DNA of 64,000 nt from Polyangiaceae bacterium (lineage in GTDB: Bacteria > Myxococcota_A > Polyangia > Polyangiales > Polyangiaceae): contig JANRKO010000006.1 of assembly GCA_033763455.1 (NCBI GenBank), forward strand, positions 384,001 to 448,000. The letters run 5' to 3'. Position numbers and translations under genes: made by a program. The notes under the pieces are model-generated. The model made no database searches. It had not been told where the DNA came from and saw nothing but the letters and a program-made list of their open reading frames with translations. Shown piece by piece: positions 38,101-46,398 of the stretch. Each line of letters starts with the position of its first letter. Position 1 is the stretch's first letter.

Positions 38101-40429
38101 GTTCTCGGCCTTCGACCGAGGGCTTTCGGCGCTTGGTTCGGCGTTGGAGCGTGCACCGGAGCACGCGGGAACTATCGCAGTTCTGGAGTCTCTCACCTCC
38201 AATCGGGAGTTTTTCGAGGCCGTTTCGGAGTTGCTAGAGCCGGTGTATCGAAATTTGGGGCAGACCTCTCACCTGGCCGGATTGTACGAAAAACGCTTGG
38301 GCTTTGCGCAGCAGCCAGAGGAACGCGCACAGATGCGGCGCAGTTTGGCAAGAGTTCTTGAGGAGGATTGCGGCGATCCAAAAGGCGGCCAGCGTGTTCT
38401 TCAGGACGGCTTTCGCGATGCGCCCGGCGACGAGCTTTTGATAGAGGAAGTCGCGCGCCTAGCGGGAATTACGGGGGATTGGGCGAGTGCCTTAGAAGCT
38501 TTGCAGAGTGCGATCGTAGCTACCCCAACGTTGCCGTCTACGCGAACGTCAGAGTTATATGAGTTGCTCGCGAGCTGGAGCGAACAGCACTTGAACGATG
38601 CGCGAGGCGCGGAAGCACTGTTGCAGAAGGCTTTGCAGGAAGAGCCCACGCGTGAGGATGTTCTTCGGTCTCTCGAAAGGCTTCAGCGTGTGCCAGGTCG
38701 AGAGCGCGATCTTGTGGTTACTTTGGAGAGAAGGAGCAAGTTCGCCGTTGGTGACGCAGAGGAGCAGCTACTCAAGGAAGCGGCCGAGTTAGCCACCAAT
38801 CTCGGGGATAGTGCCTTGGTGGAAAGGCTCTTGCGTGAGCTTTTGGCGGCGGACTCTGAAAACACGTGGGGGCTCGCTGAGCTCACAAGAGTCGTGATCT
38901 CAGCCGGTAATTTCCGAGAGGGATTGGAACTTTTGGTCAAGCGCAGCGAGCTCGGTGCGGATGGAGAATCCGTACAGGATTTACGACGCGAAGCAGCCCG
39001 CTTAGCACATAGGCAGCTGCAGGATAACACGAGAGCTATCGAGCTCTACGAGCAGCTGTTCGAACAAGATCCGGACGATAGTGAGACTGCAGCGACGCTG
39101 CGAGAGCTCTACTCCGCGGGCCAAGCTCACCAGAAGCTGGCTGATCTGTTGGAGCGCCTCGCCGAGCAGGCCGAGTCACCCAGCGCGCGCTCGTCCTTGC
39201 GGCTAGATTTGGCCAAGCTTCAGGCCGGACCGTTGAAGGCCCCAAGCCAAGCTGTCGAGCTACTGCAAGCCATTCTTGAGGACGAACCTGGTCAGCCGGA
39301 GGCAGTCGTTTTCTTAAGCGAGCTTCTGGAGCAGGCCGGTCGAGATGAAGAATTGGCGGATCTTTTGCGTATTCAGATCGAGTTCGCTCGTGAGCGCAAT
39401 GAAACTGAAAAAGAGCTGCGCTTTCAGCTGCGTCTTGCTGAAATCTGCGAGACAAGGCTTTCAGATCGTGCACGCGCCATTTCTGTCTACGAGGACATTG
39501 TTGCTCGCGACTCCAAGCACGTGAGCGCATTTCAGGCACTCCTTCGGCTTTCCCGGGCGGAGGGGAACTCCGGTCAATCGGCGTCGTTCCTGGAGCGGCT
39601 CCTAGAGCTCACCGAAGGCGAGGAGAAGCTAAAGCTAGCTGAAGAGTTGGCGTCTACACGGCTTTCAATGGGTGATGAGCCCGGTGCAGCTAGAGCTCTG
39701 GAAGTCGCGCTGAGCCTCAATCCGAAGAATGCGGAGCTTTCTGTTAAGCTGGGTGCCCTCTACGAGAAAAACGCCGAATTCGGCAAGCTCGCGGCACTCT
39801 ACAGCGCACGCGCCGAGCAAGCCAGCACGGCGGACGAGCAGGTAGCGCTCTTGAGAAAGGCCGCAACCGTTGAAAGCCAACACTGTCAGGATCCGGCCGC
39901 GGCCGCGCGGCTCTTGAGGCAAGCAAGCGATCGCAAACCAGAAGATAGGGAGCTTTTGCTCGAATTGTGCGACGCGTACAGCGCGGCAGGCCAAAGCGAC
40001 CAGGCCATTTTGGCTTTGGAAAAAGTGGTAGAAAGCTATGGCGGCAAGCGAGCAAAAGAGCTTGGCGAAGTGCATCGGCGCCTCGCCAACGCGTATCGAA
40101 CGGCCGGCAACATGGCTCGAACGCTTGAGGAGTTGGACAAAGCATTTCGAATTGAACCTGGCAATGTTAGTGTGCTGAAGGAGCTCGGCATGGTGGCACT
40201 GGAAGCCTCCGACCTCAAAAGGGCACAACAGATGTTCCGGGCGCTACTGCTCCAGAAGTTCGACGCACAAAGTCCGATCACGAAGGCCGAGGTTTTTCTG
40301 TACCTTGGTGATATTCACGAGAAGCTCGGCGAAAAGGATAAGGCGTTGCAAATGTTCGAACGTGCCGTGCAGACAGATGCAACGCTCGGTGAGGCCCAAA
40401 AGCGGCTCGATGCTCTGCGGGCAGGGTAA
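29102..40429 (+). CDS. Giant all-TPR protein (3775 aa), AgmK/GltI-like
   Basis: Uninterrupted ORF of helical TPR-like repeats (A..YERVL..DP....A...L...Y.....W..L); no signal peptide or TM seen. Confidence 0.85.
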   Translation: MDSNIVRSLLGTLQVDPDSAEAWQKLEDAAGRVEGDLSRTELLRLMDAARLRHSERGEWDAVAALLRLQTQVAVGLPQEADLVMALARVQSEQLFDDGLATAAFQRFLELSPGDKTASTAIEDARSKGVRWAELVQGYLSEAEQAPDDVYASSMFMRAAEMEFRFAGDAADLGAAAERLERAVRLDAANERAGHLLERIYRKQKKWDEVARVLERMADRGPTEQSRASSGIRLARLYAKWLEDTERAAQAYERVLRSDPINAEAMEFLSGFYSAESRWDDLVRLYENELKQKEANSPDRLGDCLQIAIIHWRKRENLEDAELWFDRVLKLEPAHAGALEFYRAYSAAKGDEGKLLEILQNAQRGIPDANKRAELSQEIAELAEGQENAQKAIEQYRNILRSRPDDEPARTALKRLYRQTQGYNALVELLRQELERTPADNAAARLAILREVASVYREHLRSDTALVPILNQIVHLDEKLDQNDVVEVRELVQLYEKLSRWRDLLTTQLLLADITPDVEEKKMLLRAAARRWLDQFSNVQQATDAYAALLKLDPSDPEARERLEELYRKRRAWPELFELYAGEVEGATGERRLSLQQEMARLAAERLQKPAEAIKLYTTILAADPTRLSILDALERIAEKARDFESLAGAVERRVLLTTDTAEKLVQLQKLGGVYSEHLKDEERALSAWQRVLELAPGQARALRVLRDSYLNRGDYAGLEALYESQNDWEGLAEVLSNAGDRAKDDAAKIDLSYRAARVYAEKLGQADRAFRSYERILSVNPKDQRAIMALIPLYEEDEKWARLPALYEGLIALSSSVSEQLALYRKLIEVSQKKLSDKQATVEYSKRAYELAPDDPSLLEGFEAACRAVGNFQPYVQSLELQLAALPEEEAAPEGQKKRSKKKKKVEVDDDQETVKLVPSPRRGLEMRLAQIYAQELGRPEEAVRVYKQLTVRQPNDIAVGFAFEHLLRKEQRWEDLRWLLETRIDNAHSDEKRVTLLLGWAELEENTLADVPQAIAKFRRVLELAPTNPVALARLPGLLLKEGDAAGAASVMEAGLAQLSGDDRAGALITLARLYDAPLNQPGLALERSREALTSSVWRAQAISVLEALLLKDSVRVQVAQVLAEQYREVGQGQDEVRVLLLLEAEAKEPRAKLQFLERIADVYQTNLSSAGRALDVVLRGIRQFPEELNLWDRAEELARLASRPTDLAEVFREVLSSELPPALVAELCGRAARLYEDRLGDPIGATPYLERVLEQNPGDEAAFQRLKDILTAAERWSELESFYGRASEGTLDPIRRVEMQVEVALICEEILENPERAIHYYERILATEPSHPAATDALLRLYEKLDRKRPLAELLEKRLEVALGDHILSIKNKLARLKLDLLEPEQAIGYVEDVLSADPQDYVARELAERMLEIGGLRARAARQLEAAYEGRHEMRLLDKVLGIRLEDLRKREETAADRDELVAERRELLLRVAELRDEKLHDDPGALRCLAELVPLSPLDEVSRDRLLEVGQRLGAHAEVARVLIEAARAAVPLSVRGEILLQAARLFEDVLNDEAKAAETYREVLALDEADGELVLRAARALEPIYTRVSDFMRLADIYRLIIKHEVDGAVRVAYLGKLGQLLAAELKDPRGSILAWKARLEEEPEDSEALIALDSLFLGLEEWASLVEVLERRRQLADNSAEGKGLLGRIAAIYRDHLRSVPEAIESYRRLNEQFGASVEVLTALEALFEQAARWEDLSEALEQHLGLVETNDERLSLLGRLGAVKHQHLHDAEGAIETYRRALAIDATHAPSQRALAFFLTSEDPATRREAAQTLQPIYAAAGNHEEHLRAVEIQLETSDDPFVKLEKLHQALAIAEGPLSDPSRALAFVKAAVRLATGSSELEVWLAHLDRLTTMLSLHADHVALLSEIAPDVLDGDVQLSVYFKVAAVARLELKDNALAQEYYEKVLTDRPDDRRALSELETLFEELGRTDKLLEVMDRRIDAADGEAEQKRFLYRKAQLLAGPQKDARGAIVAYQRILEIAFEAEALVALEKLLEGLEEWGDLIELYQRQIDAGGNSRSELRVKLARVLSEHQGDFARAFDELETALEESPQPAAAVLELERMLAHGKEAAERARAGEILEPIYLKRAAYDDVMRALTARLDYASDAEERRSLLTRLAKLYEEQKEDYSAALETIARLLPDSLDDESVIAELERLTKVAGAEARLAEIYATELERHGSDDASTSKLSRRTGELFAAQGKPARALEFYRRALDFEPDSRELFARVDSLLEKTGQVAERVALYRAALEYRYDTAERVSALHTIARLQEGPLADPGAAILTFCEALNEDERDPVALSALATLYRSASRFEDLAALYERQAEAQDGKGEAQYRLLLAEIYGDELKDFTQAIDQLEAVIALEPTNEAALALLEKHRALPEQKLRIVEILRPLYEAKDDWRRLIKLNEDRFQLSEDRLDQVSILRETAELWHKRGRDLEKARRALEEAVALDPEDGSLRADYESLVAEAGAWEALTVFYESLLEQSPNMADSRELLLTLAKTHDQKRDDARAALDAYSRLHRADPGDSEPLARMEELAVLLGDWPRLVEVLLAKAELALSDEERAGALRYVGEVRRDMLSDRTGASRAYEDALDIDPGHAFTLDCLIELYETASNRVRLVELYEQRVQVTDDDDELRYQLLRSAAAAYEKDLAENGRAVDTLERALLVKPNDPEALSEVQRLYEVEQRYGDLLESLKGQAESTTDPSKRRSLNQRIAKLLAVELGNFDEALDAYAGVLREDPTDTAAQLAVAEIATNNDLHRQRAAEILLPVLRSQGQHAQLVSMLELCLAVASEPSERVQLLREIAQVEEVSLRQPERARAALLRALAEEPALVELHTEIERLCSTKADFGAYAERLEERAQVTFDPDIARDLLSRLGRIAEEHLADDRRATLAYGRAIEQAGDQPDLLAALDRLYTRQGRSQELADILERRALVEMDSMLQAELYCRLGKLQIEAFSAFDRGLSALGSALERAPEHAGTIAVLESLTSNREFFEAVSELLEPVYRNLGQTSHLAGLYEKRLGFAQQPEERAQMRRSLARVLEEDCGDPKGGQRVLQDGFRDAPGDELLIEEVARLAGITGDWASALEALQSAIVATPTLPSTRTSELYELLASWSEQHLNDARGAEALLQKALQEEPTREDVLRSLERLQRVPGRERDLVVTLERRSKFAVGDAEEQLLKEAAELATNLGDSALVERLLRELLAADSENTWGLAELTRVVISAGNFREGLELLVKRSELGADGESVQDLRREAARLAHRQLQDNTRAIELYEQLFEQDPDDSETAATLRELYSAGQAHQKLADLLERLAEQAESPSARSSLRLDLAKLQAGPLKAPSQAVELLQAILEDEPGQPEAVVFLSELLEQAGRDEELADLLRIQIEFARERNETEKELRFQLRLAEICETRLSDRARAISVYEDIVARDSKHVSAFQALLRLSRAEGNSGQSASFLERLLELTEGEEKLKLAEELASTRLSMGDEPGAARALEVALSLNPKNAELSVKLGALYEKNAEFGKLAALYSARAEQASTADEQVALLRKAATVESQHCQDPAAAARLLRQASDRKPEDRELLLELCDAYSAAGQSDQAILALEKVVESYGGKRAKELGEVHRRLANAYRTAGNMARTLEELDKAFRIEPGNVSVLKELGMVALEASDLKRAQQMFRALLLQKFDAQSPITKAEVFLYLGDIHEKLGEKDKALQMFERAVQTDATLGEAQKRLDALRAG

Positions 40430-40465
40430 ACGGAGCGCCGAACGTCGCTCAGAAGGCTGACTTTC

Positions 40466-41344
40466 ATGTCTCAGGTAGTGATGATCAACGGGCAGCTAGT
40501 ACCTCCCAAAGAGGCCAGCGTAAGCGTGTTCGATCGGGGCTTTCTGTACGGGGATTCGGTCTTTGAAACGCTGCGCACATATAATGGCGTGCCGTTTCGA
40601 ATGGATCTTCATATGGAACGCTTGGCTTGGAGCGCGGAGCGGGTCCTAATTCCTCTACCGGTGACGCTTGAATCGCTCGCTTTGGAGATCGAAGCCGCCG
40701 TTCGCGCTGCAGACAACCCGGACAGCTACGTTCGTGTGGTGGTAACCCGTGGCACAGCCGACACACTGGGGTTGGATCCAGCCCTTTCTATTCATCCAAC
40801 GCGCGTAGTGCTGGTTGGCCCGCTCCACCCGCCGCATCAAGAGGCCTACCAAAACGGTGTGTCTGTTATCACCTACCGCACAGCCCGAGTCTCGGATCAG
40901 ACGGTGGCTTCGGGGGCGAAGGTCGGTAACTACCTCGTGGCTGTGCTCGCGATGCATGAAGCAAAGCAGAAGGGAGCTGTGGAGGCGCTTATTCTCGACG
41001 GCGTCGGGCGGGTGCTGGAGGGTGCAACCTCAAACGTGTTTGCCGTCCGTTCGGGTACGCTCGCCACTCCGCCGCTTGATTTGGGCATCTTGCCGGGAAT
41101 CACCCGGCGCGTGGTGATGGAGCTTGCCGTCCAGCTTGGGCTCGTGGTGCACGAGCAGCCAATAGGCCTTGCGGAATTGCTCGATGCCGACGAGGTGTTT
41201 ATCTCGTCAAGCATTCGTGAAGTATTGCCTGTCGTGGCCGTGGACGAACGAAAGATTGCCCAGGGAACGCCCGGGCACATTACCCAACGGCTGATGGCCG
41301 CATTCCACGAGCTCACGCGTAATCAGGGGTCGCACGAGCGCTGA
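40466..41344 (+). CDS. PLP fold-type IV aminotransferase (IlvE/Dat/PabC family)
   Basis: DRGFLYGDSVFETLR, H..RL, AKVGNY, EGATSNVF, ILPGITR. Confidence 0.92.
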   Translation: MSQVVMINGQLVPPKEASVSVFDRGFLYGDSVFETLRTYNGVPFRMDLHMERLAWSAERVLIPLPVTLESLALEIEAAVRAADNPDSYVRVVVTRGTADTLGLDPALSIHPTRVVLVGPLHPPHQEAYQNGVSVITYRTARVSDQTVASGAKVGNYLVAVLAMHEAKQKGAVEALILDGVGRVLEGATSNVFAVRSGTLATPPLDLGILPGITRRVVMELAVQLGLVVHEQPIGLAELLDADEVFISSSIREVLPVVAVDERKIAQGTPGHITQRLMAAFHELTRNQGSHER

Positions 41345-41443
41345 GCGCCGTGCCACGTGCGGTGCGAGGCTCAGCCGAGCGGGTGGGGTGTAGACCTTCC
41401 GAAGCCCTTTGAATTCGTGAAGGCCTTCCGAGCTCTCTATGAT

Positions 41444-42607
41444 TTAGGCGCCTTCGGCTACAGGCTCCGCCGCTTTGGGAGCGGCGCCGGGTCCCGCCTC
41501 GGCTGCGGCGGGCGGAACCTGGGCTACCGGAATCGTTAAGCGACCGTTGTTTTGTGAGAGGATGAGGCCGATTGCCTTCTCAAAGAAACCCTTGAGGAAT
41601 GCGACCTCGTGGGGCGGGTCGGTGATGAGCCCCGCTTTTTCGATGACGTGGATCGTCGCTGCAACTTCCAGTGCTTGCGTTTCGCCATCACGCTGCAAGA
41701 TGCCAAGCGCGCAGTCTTTCATGAGCCCCGCAATTTCCGCTCGGCGTTCGGGCGTGAAATAACGATCAGTGGCGAGTAAGATCTCGGCGTCCAAGTGCTT
41801 CTGCAACTCATCCTGAGGAGGCTCAGCTCCGGGTGTGACGCGGGTGCCAACGCCCTGCAATAGCTCGGCAATAGCCCCCTGTGCTGGGAACCAAGCGCGG
41901 AATTCCGGCAGAGCGTGCAGCTTGAGGGATGTTTTCGCCAAGGTGCGCGCGTCGTCGTCTGCTAACTCGAGCCCTTCGGACTCAAACGGATGCGGCACCA
42001 CTTCTTCGGGAACGGGCCCGAGCAACTCCTGATTGCTGCTCCAGCCTAGGGGCACAGGAAGCTTCGTCTCGGCGTGTTGCCGATGCGCGAGGGCGATTCG
42101 ATAGCGAGCCCACTCCACAGGTACTTGCACTGCCTTGCACTCCGGAGAGGGCAGACCGCGCTGCAGAGCATCTTTGAGCTGCGATTGGCTGAGGGAGCCA
42201 CCTTCGACGCGACGAATGCCCAAAGTTGGGTGCACAAACACGAACACAGCTTGGTTGGGTTTGGTGGTACTGCGGCGCACGACGACGAGGCCAACAGCAG
42301 TGGTGCTATCGGGAGGCAGTAGCCACGCTTCTTCCGTGGTTTCTTCCTTGCTGAGGAAGGCTACAACGTGTGTAGGCTCTGCCAGCTTCACGCCGCGTGA
42401 TTTGAGCACGCCAAGTGCCCGCTTTGCTTCCTTGCGCGCGGGGCCGCTGGGCGCTTCGGCCACGGCCTGGAGTGCCGCACTGTTGGAAGTTTGAGTCCAC
42501 TTTTGAATCAAGTCAGCAAATGCAGGCCCCATTTTCTCAATCGCGACGAGCGCTTGGGCTGCGGTCGCTTTGATGAGGGCGTCGTCAATAACTTTAGTTT
42601 GGCTCAT
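41444..42607 (-). CDS. Hypothetical protein
   Basis: 387-aa ORF from ATG 42607, 10 nt downstream of the ridA stop. Confidence 0.7.
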   Translation of the reverse strand: MSQTKVIDDALIKATAAQALVAIEKMGPAFADLIQKWTQTSNSAALQAVAEAPSGPARKEAKRALGVLKSRGVKLAEPTHVVAFLSKEETTEEAWLLPPDSTTAVGLVVVRRSTTKPNQAVFVFVHPTLGIRRVEGGSLSQSQLKDALQRGLPSPECKAVQVPVEWARYRIALAHRQHAETKLPVPLGWSSNQELLGPVPEEVVPHPFESEGLELADDDARTLAKTSLKLHALPEFRAWFPAQGAIAELLQGVGTRVTPGAEPPQDELQKHLDAEILLATDRYFTPERRAEIAGLMKDCALGILQRDGETQALEVAATIHVIEKAGLITDPPHEVAFLKGFFEKAIGLILSQNNGRLTIPVAQVPPAAAEAGPGAAPKAAEPVAEGA

Positions 42608-42617
42608 GGATGTTTGC

Positions 42618-43001
42618 CTATTCCGAGATCTGCGCGATGGCGTCGATCTCAACACGAGCTCCCTTGGGGAGAGCGGTCACTTGTACAGTTGAGCGGGCAG
42701 GTGGGTTGGCCCCGAAGTAGCTGCCGTAAATAGTGTTCACTGCGGCGAAATCCGCCAAGTCAACGAGATAGATGGTCGTTTTCACAACGTCACCGAAAGA
42801 TGCCCCTGCTGCTAAGAGCACTGCTTTCAGGTTCAGCAATACACGTTCGGCTTGGGCCTCAATGGGCCCAGAGACCAACTCACCAGTTTTCGGATCGAGC
42901 GGTATCTGGCCACTCAGGAACACAAAGCCCGAGCACCTCACCGCCTGACTGTACGGGCCGATGGCGGCCGGGGCATCAGTGGTGGAGATGGGGGTTCGCA
43001 T
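42618..43001 (-). CDS. ridA: RidA family enamine/imine deaminase
   Basis: APAAIGPYSQA, SGQIPL, PARS.VQV.ALP...RVEID. Confidence 0.93.
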   Translation of the reverse strand: MRTPISTTDAPAAIGPYSQAVRCSGFVFLSGQIPLDPKTGELVSGPIEAQAERVLLNLKAVLLAAGASFGDVVKTTIYLVDLADFAAVNTIYGSYFGANPPARSTVQVTALPKGARVEIDAIAQISE

Positions 43002-43180
43002 GGGGGCGCCTATCTTCCTCGTAGCCAACGCGCGGATCAAGCCAGGCCGGAACGCTTCAGCGCAAGCTTGCTTCGGAGCACAAAATGCCGGAGTTTCTAG
43101 TGCGCTGTAGCACTGTTAAGCTCGGCATGCTGCGGAGAATGCGAGACTTGGTGCGTGGGGCGGCCCCGAATGGTCGGCTT

Positions 43181-44638
43181 CTAGGCTTTGATTTCCAAGA
43201 TGGGGCCTTTGTTGAATTCGGAAAACCCAAAGCTGGTGTCGGGCACCCCAAAGGCGTTCAGGATGTTCACGTGGAGGTCGTTGATGCGGCGATATTCCCC
43301 GGGAATATCCAAGCGTATGTGCCTGCCGGTCTTGAAGTAATTGTTCACGTTGCCGAGCAGCACGAGCGGGATGTTGATGCTCCCGTGGGTGTTTCCCTGG
43401 CCCATGTTGGTGGTCCAGAGCAATAACGTGTTGTCGTAAACGCCGTGTTGCTTCAGTTTGTCTTGGAGCTTGTACACCTGCTGGGCATTCCACACTGAAA
43501 CGTTGATGTAGTTCTGCACGTCTTCCCACCAACTCATCTGCGCAGGATCAGCTGGGTTGAGCTCATACGGCACCTGCCCCGGCTGGAGAAAAATATGGGA
43601 GAGCTGGTGCCAGCGGCCGCGTTGCTGGGGGATCCAGGTAAATACGAGGTCATTACCTTCCTCGTTCATCTGAAAGGTGATGATACGTGTGAGGTCGCAG
43701 GCGAACGCCATCGCGGAAAGATCCATCATTACGTCTGCGATTTCTGGCTGCTGAGCGTAGTAGGAATCTTGCGATTGCTCCGGCTGGAGGCTGTAGTCAG
43801 CGGGGTAGGCGGGGGCAGCGCAGGTAGCCGTGGGCTTGCTAAGTACGTCAATTCGCTGCTCTACGCTGCGAAAGGCTTCCAAATATTGGTCCACCTTCTG
43901 CTGGTCGAGCGTGCTCAGGCTTGGGCGCAGGGCCGCGGCTTGGTCTAGCGCGGCATCCAGGACAGACTTCTGGCGCGCCCGCAACATGTCAGCAGACACT
44001 GGCATGGGCGTCGTGGTTTGAGTGGCGGCTCCGTTAGGGAATAGCTTGTTGAAAACGTTCCGAGGGCTATTTTCCGCGGGAACAGACTGCCCCTGCGCAA
44101 CCCACGAGACCGCACTCTTGCTGCCGTTGCCTTCCACTATCACCCCCAGCTGCATGCTGGCAAACCGCATGCTTTTGTCGTAGCCGAGCTTCTGCGCCAT
44201 GTAGTGGTCAAGCGAGATTCCGCCGCCAGTTACGTCGGTATCTGAGCGCTCAAGCTGCTCGTAGCCAGTCAAAATTGAGCAGTAGCCGTCGTGGTTGTTC
44301 CCAGCATTTTGCAGGCCTTCGAGCACCAGCACTTCGTTCCGAATCGACTCAAGCGGTTTTAGGATCTCGGTGAACTCGTAAGCAGGGTTATCCATGAACC
44401 CCACCCCTGAGGTCGGGAGCTCAGCGATTTTGCCGGACTTCTTGTCGTATTGAGGTTTGCCGGGCTCGGGGGGCCAGAAGGCGTCTGCGAACATCGCGTA
44501 AGGTTCGTGGTACGTGATCAGGCGGGCGGGGGCTGTCGCTTGGGCGCGGGCGACGCGCATTCCGTCCAACAAGGGTAACGCGATCAAGCAGCCAGCTCCT
44601 CCGTGGAGCAGGGTTCGTCGGGAGATGGATTTGCGCAT
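43181..44638 (-). CDS. DUF1552 (HXXSHH) family Tat-exported protein
   Basis: SRRTLL Tat motif, LPLLD, SLDH.MA, LD..L, MAFACDLTRI, WHQLSH, DNTLLLW..MG.GN.H. Confidence 0.85.
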   Translation of the reverse strand: MRKSISRRTLLHGGAGCLIALPLLDGMRVARAQATAPARLITYHEPYAMFADAFWPPEPGKPQYDKKSGKIAELPTSGVGFMDNPAYEFTEILKPLESIRNEVLVLEGLQNAGNNHDGYCSILTGYEQLERSDTDVTGGGISLDHYMAQKLGYDKSMRFASMQLGVIVEGNGSKSAVSWVAQGQSVPAENSPRNVFNKLFPNGAATQTTTPMPVSADMLRARQKSVLDAALDQAAALRPSLSTLDQQKVDQYLEAFRSVEQRIDVLSKPTATCAAPAYPADYSLQPEQSQDSYYAQQPEIADVMMDLSAMAFACDLTRIITFQMNEEGNDLVFTWIPQQRGRWHQLSHIFLQPGQVPYELNPADPAQMSWWEDVQNYINVSVWNAQQVYKLQDKLKQHGVYDNTLLLWTTNMGQGNTHGSINIPLVLLGNVNNYFKTGRHIRLDIPGEYRRINDLHVNILNAFGVPDTSFGFSEFNKGPILEIKA

Positions 44639-44923
44639 GATTAAGCCGCTTCGCGAGGGGTAAACCTTCGACTTAGGTGGTGACAACAGTATGAGAGGTT
44701 GAGGCCTCGGTTGCCAACAGCACTTTGCGCCGCCGCGTCGTTTTTGACTGCAGCTAGAGCGCAACATCCGGTTGGACCTGGAAAGCGTCGCTATGGCGCT
44801 AGAGTGTGGCGCACTTAAGTAGCCTTAAGCGAACGGCACGAATCGCGAAGGTAGATGTGCGCTAGAGTGCGCTAAGGCAACTGAGCTGTGAGGTCGAAGC
44901 ATGCCCGCCTAGCCGGGCACGCC

Positions 44924-45661
44924 TCACCTCTGATTGAGGGCAGCCAACAATGCAGTGGCCTCCGCCTGGCGATAACCACCTACTTGGCCTGTCGCGAAGG
45001 GAGCGAGCGCGACCTTCGCTTGCTCGATATCGCCCATGCGCACCCAGCAAAGTGCTCGATTAAAGCGTGCTTCCGGTGCCAACGAACCAGTCGGTGCAAG
45101 CTCTAAGTAGCGCGACCACGCCTTCGCTGCCGCGGCCCAGTTGTGGGCCTGGAAGTGCAAGGAATGGGCCGCCCGGTACGCGCTCAATTCGACAGATGGC
45201 CCTTCCACTGACCCAGGGATGTTAGCCTGTGTGTTATTCACTCGTTGATGAGCGCTTGACGGCTCAAGATGCGAAGTGGCTGCGGATGGCGGGGCCACCT
45301 TTGCGACTGGGGTCTTCATCTCTGGGGCAGTCAATGCTGAGCCAGGTTCAGCGGGCACGGGCGGCGGTTTTGGGATCTTGTGAAGAGCCTTCATCCTAGG
45401 CATGGGCGCTTCACCTGATGAGCCAGTTGATGGTCCACGAAGCGCATTCATCAAACCCGCGAAAGCACCTTGGCTCGCAGCGAATGCCGTCGACCCGATG
45501 AGTAGGGCGGCTAGGGGAAACCAAAGCACAGGACGAAAAGGCCGTGCTTCTCGCTTTGCAAGCTTGCTGAGGATGGCGGCACGCGTGCGTCGCCCATCTT
45601 CCTCCGAAGTCGTGAGCTCGCGCAGCGCTTGGGTGGCCTCCGCCAGGGGATCTTCCATCAT
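44924..45661 (-). CDS. Putative anti-sigma factor: short N-terminal domain, one TM, Pro-rich linker, C-terminal TPR
   Basis: ATGA-coupled to the ECF sigma; TM WFPLAALLIGSTAFAA; TPR YLELAPTGSLAPEARFNRALC. Confidence 0.7.
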   Translation of the reverse strand: MMEDPLAEATQALRELTTSEEDGRRTRAAILSKLAKREARPFRPVLWFPLAALLIGSTAFAASQGAFAGLMNALRGPSTGSSGEAPMPRMKALHKIPKPPPVPAEPGSALTAPEMKTPVAKVAPPSAATSHLEPSSAHQRVNNTQANIPGSVEGPSVELSAYRAAHSLHFQAHNWAAAAKAWSRYLELAPTGSLAPEARFNRALCWVRMGDIEQAKVALAPFATGQVGGYRQAEATALLAALNQR

Positions 45662-46257
45662 GTGTACACCCCCTTAGAAAGCTGAGCTCTCAGCTTCTTT
45701 CGAGCGTGAAATAGCCGGGTACGTACCGTTGCTTCGACGACGCCTAACACCGCGGCAGCTTCTACACTGGAACGTTCTTCCACGTCACACAATACAAACG
45801 CCACGCGTTGATCCAGTGGCAGTGAATCGAGCGCCCTGTTGAGCCGATCGGCGAGCTCTCGGCGTTCCAAATCGTGATGGGGGGTGTAGGTCGTCTCGTT
45901 GGTCGCGCCGCTCAACACGCGTTCCGCGGCGGCTCTTCGGCGAGCGGCTGCGCGCACGAAGTGGCGAGCCCGATTGGCGGCGATGCCCAAAATAAAGGTG
46001 CGCAGACTGCTCTGTCCTTCAAATTTGCGAACCGCTTTCGGCAAAGTAAGAAACACTTCCTGAACCAAATCCTCTGCGCTGGCCCGGTCTCCCACCAGCC
46101 GGACGGCGAAAGCGCGTACAGCCTGATGATGCTCATCGTACACTGCCCCAAGTGCGCTCGCATCTGACGTCTTGAGTCGATCTAACAGGTGTTGACCGGG
46201 GATCGAGAAGCCTGCCACATGGTCGGTCACCGCGAAGTGGAAGCTAGCAGTGGTCAT
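45658..46257 (-). CDS. ECF RNA polymerase sigma factor
   Basis: AEDLVQEVF, FILGIAAN, LPLDQRVAFVL..VEE.S..EAA.VLG..EATVRTRLFHARKKL. Confidence 0.93.
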   Translation of the reverse strand: MTTASFHFAVTDHVAGFSIPGQHLLDRLKTSDASALGAVYDEHHQAVRAFAVRLVGDRASAEDLVQEVFLTLPKAVRKFEGQSSLRTFILGIAANRARHFVRAAARRRAAAERVLSGATNETTYTPHHDLERRELADRLNRALDSLPLDQRVAFVLCDVEERSSVEAAAVLGVVEATVRTRLFHARKKLRAQLSKGVYT

Positions 46258-46296
46258 CTTGGCGGGGGAGGGGCACAGGGGAAAACGTGGACTTTA

Positions 46297-46331
46297 GCCC
46301 TGAGTTCCCGCCGGCAGAAGGATCGTTCAAA
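46297..46331 (-). promoter_or_regulatory. Putative ECF promoter upstream of the sigma gene (TTTGAAC-N13-GCGGGAAC-N2-AGGGC)
   Basis: Same motif and spacing as at 51736-51770. Confidence 0.7.
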
Positions 46332-46398
46332 CTTTCTTCGCCCCCAGATTATGTCAATGTTTACGGCACATTAGCACCGGTGTGGTCCCCGTGCTCGG

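Noticed and set aside
37116..38156. 346-aa antisense ORF inside the giant TPR gene (and similar shadow ORFs such as 52347-53285, 53819-54682, 24389-25255)
   Set aside because: Arg/Pro/Ala-rich shadow frames expected in high-GC DNA; no motifs, and they overlap well-supported genes.
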